A DNA stretch of 64,000 nt from Terriglobales bacterium (GCA_035543515.1 DATKJS010000133.1:1134-65133); one strand, 5' to 3'. Shown: positions 18,780 to 28,585, counted from the stretch's first letter. A program made the numbers and translations. Notes: generated by a model from the sequence alone, not told the origin.

Positions 18780-19981
18780 TGTTTCTCGTCCTTCAGTCGG
18801 GCCTTACGAGCGTGGTCCTCTTCGGCCCTGTGCCGTTCGAGGATCCGGGCCTTCTCGGCCTGCTGCTTCTGCTGGACCTCCGCGATCCTGGCCTTGGCCG
18901 CCGCGGCCGCTTTCTCGCGCTCAGCGGGGGTCCTGAGCGCCGCCCTTTCCTGGTCGGCCTTGCGCTGGATGCCCCGGACCTCGGCCTGCTGGTCTTCGTT
19001 GAGCCTCTGCAGCTCCCTCTGGTGCTCGTGCCGCACGGCCGTCACTTCGTCCTCGCGGGGACCGCCGCCCATCGCGGAGCCCGGGGCCCTGGGCGCCTCC
19101 GCGCGGCGGATGGCAGCCTGGTCCGGGGCCAGGGCCTCCTTCGGCCGGGCCGCGGCGTTCGGGCGCACGGACGGGCGGTAGAGGGAGACGTCTCGCGTCC
19201 CGACCCGGGCGTCCTGCGGCCTCCGCGCGTCCTTCAGTTCGTACCTCTCGACGGTCCGATTGGTCTGCCTCTGGACGAAGGCGGCGTCGACCCCGTCGTT
19301 GTAGACGCGGTCGTTGCGGACGCGGATATTGACGTCCATGCGGGTATAGTTGATGATCGTAATGTTCCTCTCGCGGGGCACGATCCAGCGGTCGAGCCGC
19401 GGCTCGAGGAATTCCTGGCCGCGCACGAAGCACCAGTTGTCGCCCGGGATGCTCCAATTCCGGTGACGGAACCCGAAGCCTCGGTCGAAATCGTCGCCCG
19501 GCGGCAGCGGCGCCCAGCCGATGTAGGCGTCACCCCATCTCCAGGCGACCCAGGCCGGCGCCCAGACATCCCCCGGGACCCAATACCAGCCGAGCCGGAC
19601 GTCCCAGCCCCAACGGCCGTAGTGATAGACGAGCCAGCCCCATCGCTCGGCCGAGAGCCAGGTCCAGCCGCAGTCCGTCGAGATCCAGTGCCCCAGGCTG
19701 TACGGCCGCCACCCGTAGCCGATACCCCTCGGCACCCAGACGTATCCGTAGGACGGGTACGAGACCCAGAGGCCGCTCGGCCCGAGGTAGGAATAGAAGT
19801 CCGAGACGTCCGGATTGTCGTAGGTCCATCGGGCGTCCGCTTGATCGCCCTGGTCATAATAGCCCTGGTCCCCTTGAGATGGCGGAGGCGCGGGCGAGCC
19901 GGACTCGCCCTGCGGGACATAGACGATGCAGCCCGCTGCGAGCGCCATGGCCAAGATGGTGAGCCCCAAGCTTTTCTTCAT
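18776..19981 (-). CDS. Lipoprotein with Trp-rich (DUF6600-like, WxxGxW-type) domain and C-terminal charged coiled-coil tail
   Basis: The lipobox is ALAAGC. Trp-rich repeats include GYVWVPRGIGYGWRPY...ERWGWLVYHYGRWGW...WAPAWVAWRWG. The last roughly 90 aa are Glu/Lys/Arg/Gln-rich. Confidence 0.75.
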   Translation of the reverse strand: MKKSLGLTILAMALAAGCIVYVPQGESGSPAPPPSQGDQGYYDQGDQADARWTYDNPDVSDFYSYLGPSGLWVSYPSYGYVWVPRGIGYGWRPYSLGHWISTDCGWTWLSAERWGWLVYHYGRWGWDVRLGWYWVPGDVWAPAWVAWRWGDAYIGWAPLPPGDDFDRGFGFRHRNWSIPGDNWCFVRGQEFLEPRLDRWIVPRERNITIINYTRMDVNIRVRNDRVYNDGVDAAFVQRQTNRTVERYELKDARRPQDARVGTRDVSLYRPSVRPNAAARPKEALAPDQAAIRRAEAPRAPGSAMGGGPREDEVTAVRHEHQRELQRLNEDQQAEVRGIQRKADQERAALRTPAEREKAAAAAKARIAEVQQKQQAEKARILERHRAEEDHARKARLKDEKH

Positions 19982-20005
19982 TTTCGTCCTCCTGAGCCTG
20001 TCCTT

Positions 20006-20021
20006 TGCAAAAGATATGCCA
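20006..20021 (-). promoter_or_regulatory. Sigma54 (-24/-12) promoter TGGCAT-N5-TTGCA for the Trp-rich lipoprotein gene
   Basis: Minus strand reads cTTGGCATatcttTTGCAaaggacaggctcAGGAGGacgaaaATG. The core (TGGCATA-N4-TTGCA) is the same as the promoter at 8698. Confidence 0.65.
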
Positions 20022-20102
20022 AGCCGGGTCCCGGCAAAGGCCGGCGTCGGACGGCGCGGCTTCTGTCCCCAAAAGGCGACAGCTGGCCCGACGGACGACC
20101 GC

Positions 20103-21314
20103 TCAGCCGTTCTCGAGCCGTTTGAAGACGGCCTTGATCCGCTTGAGGGCCCAATTGATGTCCTTGTCCCTGATGACGAGCGGCGGCGCCAGGCGGATGA
20201 CGTTCTCGTGGGTCTCCTTGCAGAGAAGTCCCTCTTTCATGAGCTCCTCGCAGTAGCGGCGGGCTCCGCCGGCCTCGGGCCGCAACTCGATGCCCACGAG
20301 GAGGCCGCGGCCGCGGACCTCCTTGATGCGGCGGTTGCGGACCTTCCGTAGCTTCTCGACCAAGTAGCGGCCCCGCTCGGCGGCGTTCTCTACGAGCTTC
20401 TCCTCGCGGATGACCCGCAGGCTCTCGCGGGCCACGGCGCAAGCGAGGGGGTTGCCGCCGAAGGTCGAGCCGTGCTCTCCCGGCTTGAACACGCCCAAAA
20501 CGGCGCGGTCGGCGAGGACGGCCGAGATCGGATAGCACCCGCCGCCCAAGGACTTGCCGACAATGACCATGTCCGGGCGGACGCCTTCGTATTCGCAGGC
20601 GAAAAGCTTGCCGACCCGGCCCAGACCGGTCTGGATCTCGTCGGCGACGAAGAGAACATTGTGCTCCATGCAGATCTCGCGGGCCCTCCTCAGAAAGCCG
20701 TCAGGCGGGATGAGGATGCCCGCCTCGGCCTGGATGGGCTCGGCGAGGAAGGCCGCCGTGTTCGGCGTGATGGCCCTCTCGAGCGCCTCGGCGTCGCCGA
20801 AGGGGATGACCGGGAAGCCCGGCGTGAACGGCCCGAAATCCTGGCGGTAAAGGGCCTCCGTGGAGAAGCCGACGATGGTCACGGTGCGGCCGTGGAAGTT
20901 GTTGGCGCAGGCGATGATCTCGGCCCGGTCCTGGGGGACGCCTTTCTTCTGGTAGGCCCACTTGCGGGCTGTCTTGATGGCGGTTTCCACGGCCTCGGCG
21001 CCCGAGTTCATCGGCAGCACCATCTCGTAGCCCGTCATCTCGCAGAGCTCCTTGGCCAGCTGCGGCCACTGGTCGTTGCGGAAGGCCCGCGAGGTCAGGG
21101 TCAGCTTCTTGGCCTGGTTCGTCAGGGCCTTGACGATGCGGGGGTGCCGGTGTCCCTGGTTGACGGCGGAATAGGCGCTCAGGAAGTCGAGGTACTTCCG
21201 GCCCTCAACGTCATACATCCAGATGCCCTTGGCCTCGGCGATGACGACGTCCAGGGGATGATAGTTATGAGCCCCGTAGATGTCCTCGATGGCGATGAGA
21301 TCCTTGCTGTCCAT
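20103..21314 (-). CDS. rocD: Ornithine--oxo-acid aminotransferase
   Basis: [13 protein letters not shown]...[18 protein letters not shown] is characteristic of ornithine aminotransferase, a class III PLP enzyme. ATG 21314 has GAGGAGG 6 nt upstream; the track's GTG 21329 is less likely. Confidence 0.88.
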   Translation of the reverse strand: MDSKDLIAIEDIYGAHNYHPLDVVIAEAKGIWMYDVEGRKYLDFLSAYSAVNQGHRHPRIVKALTNQAKKLTLTSRAFRNDQWPQLAKELCEMTGYEMVLPMNSGAEAVETAIKTARKWAYQKKGVPQDRAEIIACANNFHGRTVTIVGFSTEALYRQDFGPFTPGFPVIPFGDAEALERAITPNTAAFLAEPIQAEAGILIPPDGFLRRAREICMEHNVLFVADEIQTGLGRVGKLFACEYEGVRPDMVIVGKSLGGGCYPISAVLADRAVLGVFKPGEHGSTFGGNPLACAVARESLRVIREEKLVENAAERGRYLVEKLRKVRNRRIKEVRGRGLLVGIELRPEAGGARRYCEELMKEGLLCKETHENVIRLAPPLVIRDKDINWALKRIKAVFKRLENG

Positions 21315-21325
21315 GTCGTGCCTCC

Positions 21326-21472
21326 TCACCTTTTCTTCAGGAGATGGAAGAGACCCATTCCGGTCGGGCCCGCCATGGCCAGGACGAGCGAGGCCTTCGG
21401 GTCGAGCTTCGCGGTGAACAGGACGAGCAGGGCCGCCCCGAGCTCGACCGGGCCTTCAGTCTTCCGGGTCAT
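21326..21472 (-). CDS. Small hydrophobic protein (48 aa), possibly XapX/DUF1427-like
   Basis: AGGAGG sits 7 nt before the ATG. The product is [48 protein letters not shown]. Its stop lies within the rocD RBS. The track ORF 21326-21667 is this ORF artificially extended across a tRNA. Confidence 0.4.
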   Translation of the reverse strand: MTRKTEGPVELGAALLVLFTAKLDPKASLVLAMAGPTGMGLFHLLKKR

Positions 21473-21504
21473 GCCTTTTCCTCCTGGCTCCGCGTCGGCC
21501 GTGA

Positions 21505-21596
<92 letters not shown>

Positions 21597-21676
21597 GTTC
21601 CGATGGAATGTCCCGTTCCGCGCCCCGGCGGAGGCCCTAACGTATCAAAAAAGCCAGGGCCGGTCAATGAAACCGC

Positions 21677-22711
21677 CTAGAATCGGTCGCGGTAGATGTT
21701 GATGAGGTCCTTGAGCAGGGCCGCGGCCGCTCCCCGGGCGCTCGAGCGGCCGCCGGTCAGGGTGACGGGTCCCATCGTGTCCGTGGTGAAGGTGATGCCT
21801 TTTTCGGTGCCGCTGACGTGGAAGAGAGGGTGGGAGGCGTCGAGGAGCGACGGGCGGACCTCGAGCGTCCAGCCCCTGCCGCTCTTCGCCGGCGACGCGC
21901 TGGCCAGGAGCTTGACGGACTTGCCCTCCGCCGCGGCCTGGCCGGCGAACGCCGCCGGCAGGCCGTCGATGCCCGTGACGCGCACATCGTTCAAGGCGTA
22001 GTCCGTGTCCAGGCAGCTGTTCGCGATAAGCAGAAGCTTGGCCGCCGAGTCCCATCCCCCAACATCCATGGACGGGTCCGGCTCGGCGATCCCCCAGCGC
22101 TGGGCCTCCTGGAGGGCGCTCCCGTAAGTTAGGCCCTCGGCCATCTTGGTCAGGACGTAGTTCGAGGTGCCGTTAAGGATGCCCTGGATGCCCTCGATGG
22201 CCGCGCCGGCCAGGGAGACGAGACCGACGTCGAGGGTCGGCAGCGCGGCCGCCGTGGCGCCGGAGAACCGGAGCGCCAGCCCGCGACCGGCGGCCAGCGC
22301 GCGGAGCTTCTGAAAGGCGACGACGAGCGCTCCCTTGCCGGCCGTGGCAACGTTCCAGTCGTTCTCGAGGGCGGCGACGATATAGGGCAGGCCGGGCTCC
22401 CCGGTCCGAAGGTCGCTCGGCGTGCATTCGACGAGGCATCCGCCCCCTCCCGCGCCGCGCAGGAGGTCGCCGAGGCCCATCCCTTCGCGCCAAGCGGAGT
22501 GGCTCTCGACCGCCGTGCCGCCCTCCTTGAGTTGCCGGCCGAACGCGAGGGGCTCACCCGAGAATAGGCAGCCCCCGGCCTTGACCACGGCCATGAGGTC
22601 GAAGCGCAGCGCGTAGCGGCGCTCGACCGAAGAGCTCTTCTCGCGAAGGAGGGTCACGAAGGCCCGGCTGACGTGCCCGAACCCGGTCAGGGCGATGGGG
22701 ACGGCTCTCAT
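21677..22711 (-). CDS. hom: Homoserine dehydrogenase family protein (short form, no ACT domain)
   Basis: The N-terminal Rossmann-like region reads IALTGFGHV. It carries GILNGTSNYVLTKM and the GIAEPDPSMDVGGWDSAAKL motifs of the homoserine dehydrogenase catalytic domain. Confidence 0.7.
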   Translation of the reverse strand: MRAVPIALTGFGHVSRAFVTLLREKSSSVERRYALRFDLMAVVKAGGCLFSGEPLAFGRQLKEGGTAVESHSAWREGMGLGDLLRGAGGGGCLVECTPSDLRTGEPGLPYIVAALENDWNVATAGKGALVVAFQKLRALAAGRGLALRFSGATAAALPTLDVGLVSLAGAAIEGIQGILNGTSNYVLTKMAEGLTYGSALQEAQRWGIAEPDPSMDVGGWDSAAKLLLIANSCLDTDYALNDVRVTGIDGLPAAFAGQAAAEGKSVKLLASASPAKSGRGWTLEVRPSLLDASHPLFHVSGTEKGITFTTDTMGPVTLTGGRSSARGAAAALLKDLINIYRDRF

Positions 22712-22743
22712 GGACGCGTCGCTGCGCCGCGCGGGTGGGGAAC

Positions 22744-22835
22744 TGGCGGAGAGGGCGGGATTCGAACCCGCGATACCGATCGCTCGATATATCGGTTTTC
22801 GAGACCGACGCCTTCAACCACTCGGCCACCTCTCC
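22744..22835 (-). tRNA. tRNA-Ser (anticodon CGA), type II, CCA encoded
   Basis: The cloverleaf is GGAGAGG / D arm / TCGGT-CTCGAAA-ACCGA / variable stem with GCGA loop / the same T arm and acceptor 3' half as the GGA isoacceptor. Confidence 0.9.
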
Positions 22836-22864
22836 GTCGGGAAACGATGTCCCGGAGCCCCGGG

Positions 22865-22870
22865 ATTATA
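22865..22870 (-). promoter_or_regulatory. Perfect TATAAT -10 box 29 nt upstream of tRNA-Ser(CGA)
   Basis: Minus strand reads ctgttcaagccgccggatttcgggTATAATcccggg. Only weak -35 candidates are present (TGTTCA, TTCAAG). Confidence 0.45.
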
Positions 22871-22897
22871 CCCGAAATCCGGCGGCTTGAACAGCCC

Positions 22898-23371
22898 TCA
22901 ACCCCGCCGGCGGCGGAAGAATTCGACGAGAAGCCGGCCGCAGTCCGCGGCCAGCACGCCGCCCGAAACCTGCGGCCGATGGTTGGTCTTTGCGAAGGGG
23001 AACCGCATCATGGACCGGACGGCGCCGGACTTCGAGTCCGCCGCGCCATAGACAAGGCGCCGGACCCGGCTATGGACGACCGCCCCCAGGCACATCGGGC
23101 ACGGCTCGACGGTGACGTAGAGGTCGCATCCGGCGAGGCGATAGTTCCCGGCCTTCCGGGCGGCCCGCCGCAGGGCCACGACCTCGGCGTGGGCGGTCGG
23201 GTCCGAGGTCGAGACCGGCCGGTTCGAGCCGCGGGCGACGATCCGCCCCTCGCGGACGACGACGGCGCCGACCGGCACCTCTCCCCTCGCCGCCGCCCGG
23301 CCGGCCTCGCGGAGGGCGGCCCTCATGAACCCCTCGTCAGCTTCCCGGGCGTCGCGTCGGACCATGGCCAA
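22898..23371 (-). CDS. tadA: tRNA-specific adenosine deaminase
   Basis: The CDA zinc motifs HAEVVAL and VTVEPCPMCLGA are present. At about 155 aa it has the typical TadA size. Confidence 0.9.
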   Translation of the reverse strand: MAMVRRDAREADEGFMRAALREAGRAAARGEVPVGAVVVREGRIVARGSNRPVSTSDPTAHAEVVALRRAARKAGNYRLAGCDLYVTVEPCPMCLGAVVHSRVRRLVYGAADSKSGAVRSMMRFPFAKTNHRPQVSGGVLAADCGRLLVEFFRRRRG

Positions 23372-23398
23372 GCGATTTTACCGCGAGCGGCGGCCGCT

Positions 23399-23427
23399 TT
23401 TCAACGCCCGCCCGAACGCGGTATAAT
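23399..23427 (+). promoter_or_regulatory. Candidate sigma70 promoter (TTTCAA-N17-TATAAT) for thrC
   Basis: A perfect TATAAT sits at 23422-23427, followed by GGAG at 23442 and the ATG at 23452. Confidence 0.45.
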
Positions 23428-23451
23428 GCCGCCCCGACGAAGGAGCCGATC

Positions 23452-24666
23452 ATGGACCGTGTCGCCTGCCTCTTCTGCCGCAAATCCTTCCCCCATGACC
23501 CGTTCTCGCCGTTCTGTCCGGATTGCTCGGAGCCGCTCTTCATCGACCCGGCGGGCCTCGTCCGGACCCCGGCCATCCGCGAAGAGCGGACCCATCCGCT
23601 CGAGGCCTTCGCCGATTTCCTGCCGCTCGAGTCCTTCGACCCGCGGCTGAGCCTGGGTGAGGGGCGGACGCCGCTCGTCCGGTTGGACGCGGCCGGCCGG
23701 CGTCTCGGCCTGACGGACGTGTTCGCCAAGGCCGAGGCCCAGAACCCGACCGGGAGCTTCAAGGACCGGGGCACGGCGGTGGCGATCCAGAAGGCGGTCA
23801 CGCTCGGCTTCCGGAAGGTCGGCACGGTCTCGACGGGGAACATGGCCGCGTCTACGGCGGCCTATGGCGCCCGCGCCGGGCTCGAGACCTTCGTCCTGCT
23901 CAAGGAGGGGACGTCGCAGACGAGCCTGAGGGTGGCCGGCATCTTCGGCCCCCGCCTCGTCACGGTCCGAGGGGACTACGGCCGGCTCTTCTACGAGAGC
24001 CTGCGCATCGGACGGGAGCTCGGCGTCTACTTCATGAACTCCATCGACCCCTTCCGGGTCGAGGGCTATAAGGTCACCGGGTTCGAAGTCTTCGCCGGCC
24101 TGGGCCGGCGCCTCCCGAGCCATGTCTTCGTGCCGCTGAGCTCTGGCGGGCACCTGATCGGCCTGATGCGCGCCTACGAGGACCTCGAGCGGGCCGGCCT
24201 GGCCCCGGGGTACCCGACCTTCGTCGGCGTCCAGGCCGAAGGCTGCGCGCCGCTCGCCGCGGCCTTCGAGGCCGGCCGGCCGACATACGAGCGGCTGAAG
24301 GAGGCCCGCACGGCCGCCCATGCCATCTCCAACCCGGCGCCGCCCGGAGGGAATGCGGTCCTCAAGATGATCCGGGACCGCCGCGGGCTTATCGTCGCCG
24401 TGTCGGACGAGGAGATGTTCGCGGCGCAGAGGGAGCTGGCGGCCGAGGAAGGCGTGTTCTGCCAGCCTGAATCGGCCGTGACCCTGGCCGCCCTGGCAAA
24501 GCTGCGCGCCGGGGGCCGGCTCCATGGCGCAGGGGCCAAGGTCCTCGTCCTCACGGGAAGCGGGCTCAAGGCGCCCCATGCCCTCGAATCCCTGCCGCTC
24601 GACGTTGTCGAGACGGACATGGCGGGCCTCGAAGGGCGTCTCGGCGAACTGGTCCGGTCGAGCTGA
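23452..24666 (+). CDS. thrC: Threonine synthase (PLP fold type II) with N-terminal Cys4 zinc ribbon
   Basis: NPTGSFKDRG is the PLP-lysine motif. The N terminus reads CLFCRKSF...FCPDC. Length fits and the gene lies near a hom-like gene. Confidence 0.78.
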   Translation: MDRVACLFCRKSFPHDPFSPFCPDCSEPLFIDPAGLVRTPAIREERTHPLEAFADFLPLESFDPRLSLGEGRTPLVRLDAAGRRLGLTDVFAKAEAQNPTGSFKDRGTAVAIQKAVTLGFRKVGTVSTGNMAASTAAYGARAGLETFVLLKEGTSQTSLRVAGIFGPRLVTVRGDYGRLFYESLRIGRELGVYFMNSIDPFRVEGYKVTGFEVFAGLGRRLPSHVFVPLSSGGHLIGLMRAYEDLERAGLAPGYPTFVGVQAEGCAPLAAAFEAGRPTYERLKEARTAAHAISNPAPPGGNAVLKMIRDRRGLIVAVSDEEMFAAQRELAAEEGVFCQPESAVTLAALAKLRAGGRLHGAGAKVLVLTGSGLKAPHALESLPLDVVETDMAGLEGRLGELVRSS

Positions 24667-24684
24667 GGCGCAGGGCCCCCGTGC

Positions 24685-25761
24685 TCAGGCCCGGCCGAGG
24701 AGCTCCAGGATCTTTTTCCGGTTCGGGAAGAGGGCCGGCGTGCCTCCCGTATGGAAGAAGACGACGTTCTCCCCCGCCCTGAAGTACCCCCGCCGGACGA
24801 GGTCGATGAGACCGGCCATGGCCTTGGCCGTGTAAACGGGGTCAAGAACGATGCCCTCTTCTTGAAAAACCAGACGGATCGTCGCCGCCACCTCGGGGTC
24901 GACAACGCCGTAGCCTTCGCGGATGTACTCGTCGAAGACGACGACGTCGTCCGGCCGGACCTCGAATCGGAGGTCCAGGGCGTCGGCGGCGGCACGGGCG
25001 ATCGAAAGGACGTCTTCGGAGAAGGGGCCCTTGGGGTCGGAGACGCTGATGCCGACGACGCGGCAGCCCCCGGCCAAAGCCCGCGCCCCGACGACGAGCC
25101 CGGCTTGGGTTCCCCCCGACCCCGTCGCATGGACGACGGCATCGACCCCGACCCCGGCCGCCTCGGCCTGCCGGGCGAGCTCGACGAAGGCGTCGACGTA
25201 GGCGACCGCGCCAAGAGGGACGGTCATGTCGCCGAGAGGGAGCGAGCCGCCGACCGGGACGAGGTAGGGCCTGTGCCCGTCCGCCAGCAGCTCGGCCGCA
25301 ATGGCTTCGAGCGCGGCCATCGCGGCCCCGGACTTGACGAGCTTCCCCTTGTCCGCTTCCCGGATGCGGATGTCGGCGTCGAGGATGGCGTCGAGGAGGA
25401 GGTTGCCGTCGAGCCCGGGCTCGGCATCATAGGTCTTGAAGAGGAGCAGGACCGGCCGGATGCCGAAGCGCCGGACGGCCGCGGCCGTCTGCATGCACCA
25501 GTTGGACTGCAGGCTGGCCCAGGTGACGACGGCGTCGGCCTTCTTGGCCAGCATGTCGGCGACGATGAACTCGAGCTTGCGGGACTTGTTGCCCCCGAAG
25601 GCCAAGCCTGTCAGGTCGTCGCGCTTGACGTAGATCGACGGCCCCCCCAAGGCCCCCGAAAGACGGTCGAGCCGGCGGAAGGGCGTCGGCAGATGGATGA
25701 GCTCGACGCGGCCGAACCGGCCGACTCTCCGGACGATGTCCGATGTCGCGTATGGGGGCAT
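24685..25761 (-). CDS. D-cysteine desulfhydrase / ACC deaminase family PLP enzyme
   Basis: FGGNKSRKLEF is the PLP-lysine motif typical of this family. The protein has a fold type II architecture. Confidence 0.85.
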   Translation of the reverse strand: MPPYATSDIVRRVGRFGRVELIHLPTPFRRLDRLSGALGGPSIYVKRDDLTGLAFGGNKSRKLEFIVADMLAKKADAVVTWASLQSNWCMQTAAAVRRFGIRPVLLLFKTYDAEPGLDGNLLLDAILDADIRIREADKGKLVKSGAAMAALEAIAAELLADGHRPYLVPVGGSLPLGDMTVPLGAVAYVDAFVELARQAEAAGVGVDAVVHATGSGGTQAGLVVGARALAGGCRVVGISVSDPKGPFSEDVLSIARAAADALDLRFEVRPDDVVVFDEYIREGYGVVDPEVAATIRLVFQEEGIVLDPVYTAKAMAGLIDLVRRGYFRAGENVVFFHTGGTPALFPNRKKILELLGRA

Positions 25762-25777
25762 GGCACGCCCTTCCCGC

Positions 25778-28585
25778 TCAATCTTTATACCACTCGTCCT
25801 TCAGGATCGAGGCCGAGGCCGTGTACGTCTTGCCGTCGACGACGAGGACAAAGGAGTATTCCCCCTCGACGGCGGGGAAGGAGGCGTAGTTCAGGTCCCC
25901 GGCGAAACGGCGGCCCGACCCCGTCTCTTGGGCTCGCTTCGCCTGCTCCTGGATGGATCTCTTCTCCTCGGGCGTCCTTTCCCTGCGGCCGGTCATGTTC
26001 CAGACGGCGCTGTTCAGCCCCGGGTCGGCCGTGCCGTTGACCTCGTTGACGAGAAACCGGCCTTTGAAAACCTGGATCTTGACCTCGCCCTTCGGCTTGA
26101 CCCTGAGGTAGTAGTTGACGACGATGCCCGTCGGCTCGCTCCGGCCGGCGTAGTTGGACGAGCTTGAGTTCGCCCGGTTGAAGCCGGCCCAGCGGACCTT
26201 GGATTTGACGGAGAACAGGTGCGCCTCTTCGGCCAGGACCTGCGGCGTCAGCTCCTCGAGCGGCTCGACGTCGGCGATGTAGAGGCCGCGCCCATGGGTC
26301 GCGACGATGAGGTCGTGTTCGCGCGGCTGGATCTTGAGGTCATGGACGGGCTGGGTCGGCATGTTATTCTTCATCTTCGTCCACCGCCGGCCGCCGTCGA
26401 TCGAGACGTAGACGCCGAAGTCCGTCCCGGCGAAGAGGAGATTTGCGTTCCTCGGGTCCTCCCGGACGACGTTGACCGGGCCTTCGGCGAGGTCGCCGGC
26501 GACGGACGTCCAGGTCTGCCCGTAGTCCGTCGTCTTATAGATGAAGGGCCGGAAGTCGTCGTTCCGGAATCCGGTATAGCACACGTAGGCCGTGCCCGGG
26601 TCGACGGCCGAGGCCGCCACCCGGCTGACCCAGTAGCCCGGGTTGCCCGTGATCTTCCCGTTGAGCTTGGCCCAGTTCCGGCCGTTGTCGCGGGTCACCC
26701 AGACGTTGCCATCGTCGGTCCCGGCCCAGAGGAGGCCCGGGACGAGGGGCGATTCGTCGAAGGCCGTGATCGTGCAGTATTGGATGCTCTGGTCCCCCCC
26801 CTTGCCCTCGACCGGCAGCTTGCTCTTGTCGTTCGTCGTCAGGTCGGGGCTGACCTCGGTCCAGGTCTCGCCCCGGTTGGCCGACATCACGACGATGTTG
26901 CCGCAGTGATAGACGGTGTCGCTGTTATGGGCGGAGACGAGGACGGGCGAGCACCAGTTCCATCGCGTCTCGGGCTTCTGGCTCTGGTAGGCGATGTCCT
27001 TGGTCTCGCCCGTGACGAGGTCGGTCCTGAGGAGCGGGCCGAACTGGTATTCGTTGTAAAGGTAGCGGTTGGTTCTCCTATCGAAGACGTTGTACATGCC
27101 GTCGCCGCCGCCGACCGTGAACCAGTCTTCGAGGCGGATGGGCGGGCCGCCCCTGACCCCGGAGGAGGTCCCTTCGAAATCATAGTCGCGAGAGCCGGCC
27201 GTTCCCTTCTTCGTGCTCGGCCCCATCAGCGACCCGTTGTCCTGGAGCCCGCCGGCGACCCGGTACGGGAGCGACATGTCGAAATCGATGGCGTAGAACT
27301 GGGCCAGAGGCAGGAAGTCCGGATGGTCCCAGGTCTTGCCGGCGTCCCAGGTCAGCCCCATGCCGTGGTCATAGCCGAGGAGCATGTGGGCCGGGTCGGC
27401 CGGGTCGATCCAGAGGGCGTGGTTGTCGCCCCCGAAACGAAAGGCGGAAACCCAGGTCTTGCCGCCGTCGCGGCTGCCGAAGACCCCGACGCTGAGGACG
27501 AAGACGTTCTGGTCGTTGGTCGGGTCGACGACGATCTGGCCGTAGTAATAGCCGGGGGCTCCCCCGATGTTCCGCTTGTCGGGGCTGACCCTGCGCCAGG
27601 TCGCCCCGGCGTCCTCGGACCGGTAGACCTCGCCGTCGGTCATGCCCTGGCTCGACTTGCCGTCGAGGATCTCCTGCCAGCGGTCGGCCACGGAAATGCC
27701 CGGCTTGTTGGCGTTCTCGACCATGGCATAGAGGATGCTCGGGTTCTTGGCGTAGACGGCCAGCCCGATGCGGCCGAGGATGCCCTCCGGAAGGCCGCCG
27801 GCGAGCTTGACCCAGGTCTTGCCCGCGTCCATCGTCTTGTAGATCCCGGAGCCCGGGCCGCCGACCTGGTAGGTCCACGGCCGGCGCATTCTATCGTAAG
27901 CAGCTGCGTAGAGGACGTCCGGGTTCGCCGGGTCCATGGCCAGGTCGACGCAGCCGACGTTCCGGCCCGCGACGATGACCTCGAGCGACTTCACCCACGT
28001 CTTCCCGCCGTCGGTCGTCTTGAAGACGCCGCGCTCGGCATTATCGGTATAGAGATGGCCCAGAGCGGCCACGTAGACTGTCCCGGGGACGGTCGGGTGG
28101 ACGACGATGCGGCCGATGTGGTGCGAATCCCTCAATCCCATGTTCGTCCAGGTCTTGCCCGCATCCGTGGACTTGTAGACGCCGTCGCCCCAGTAGGTCG
28201 AGCGGGAGTTGTTGGCCTCTCCCGTGCCGACCCAAAGCACGTTCGGGTCCGACGGGGCCACGGCCACGTCCCCGATGGAAATGACCTTTTCGTTATCAAA
28301 GATGGGCTCGAAGCTCTGGCCGTTGTTGGTCGTCTTCCAGAGCCCGCCCGAGCCCGTGGCCGCGTAGAAGGTGCGCGGCTGCTGGAGAGGCACGGCGAAA
28401 TCGACGAACCGGCCGCTCTGGCGCGTCGGCCCGATGGAGCGGTAATCGATGCCCTTGATGACGTCAGCCACCGTCGGGACCGGCGGGGCCGGGGCCTTGG
28501 GGCGGGGCTTGGCCGGGGCGCCGGTCAGGGCCGGGGCCAGGCAGGCGACGAGACAAACGACGCACAGGGTCTTTGGTGCGGACAT
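25778..28585 (-). CDS. Secreted sortilin/VPS10-type tandem beta-propeller protein with BNR (Asp-box) repeats
   Basis: A signal peptide is present. Repeated SxDxGxTW boxes include STDAGKTW, TTDGGKTW, SEDAGATW, SRDGGKTW and TTDYGQTW. Confidence 0.85.
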   Translation of the reverse strand: MSAPKTLCVVCLVACLAPALTGAPAKPRPKAPAPPVPTVADVIKGIDYRSIGPTRQSGRFVDFAVPLQQPRTFYAATGSGGLWKTTNNGQSFEPIFDNEKVISIGDVAVAPSDPNVLWVGTGEANNSRSTYWGDGVYKSTDAGKTWTNMGLRDSHHIGRIVVHPTVPGTVYVAALGHLYTDNAERGVFKTTDGGKTWVKSLEVIVAGRNVGCVDLAMDPANPDVLYAAAYDRMRRPWTYQVGGPGSGIYKTMDAGKTWVKLAGGLPEGILGRIGLAVYAKNPSILYAMVENANKPGISVADRWQEILDGKSSQGMTDGEVYRSEDAGATWRRVSPDKRNIGGAPGYYYGQIVVDPTNDQNVFVLSVGVFGSRDGGKTWVSAFRFGGDNHALWIDPADPAHMLLGYDHGMGLTWDAGKTWDHPDFLPLAQFYAIDFDMSLPYRVAGGLQDNGSLMGPSTKKGTAGSRDYDFEGTSSGVRGGPPIRLEDWFTVGGGDGMYNVFDRRTNRYLYNEYQFGPLLRTDLVTGETKDIAYQSQKPETRWNWCSPVLVSAHNSDTVYHCGNIVVMSANRGETWTEVSPDLTTNDKSKLPVEGKGGDQSIQYCTITAFDESPLVPGLLWAGTDDGNVWVTRDNGRNWAKLNGKITGNPGYWVSRVAASAVDPGTAYVCYTGFRNDDFRPFIYKTTDYGQTWTSVAGDLAEGPVNVVREDPRNANLLFAGTDFGVYVSIDGGRRWTKMKNNMPTQPVHDLKIQPREHDLIVATHGRGLYIADVEPLEELTPQVLAEEAHLFSVKSKVRWAGFNRANSSSSNYAGRSEPTGIVVNYYLRVKPKGEVKIQVFKGRFLVNEVNGTADPGLNSAVWNMTGRRERTPEEKRSIQEQAKRAQETGSGRRFAGDLNYASFPAVEGEYSFVLVVDGKTYTASASILKDEWYKD

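Noticed and set aside
21597-21676. A T6 run (minus strand, about 21646-21651), considered as a terminator between the hom-like gene and tRNA-Ser(GGA).
   Set aside because: No stable stem could be drawn immediately upstream of the T run. Only 3-4 bp pairings were found.
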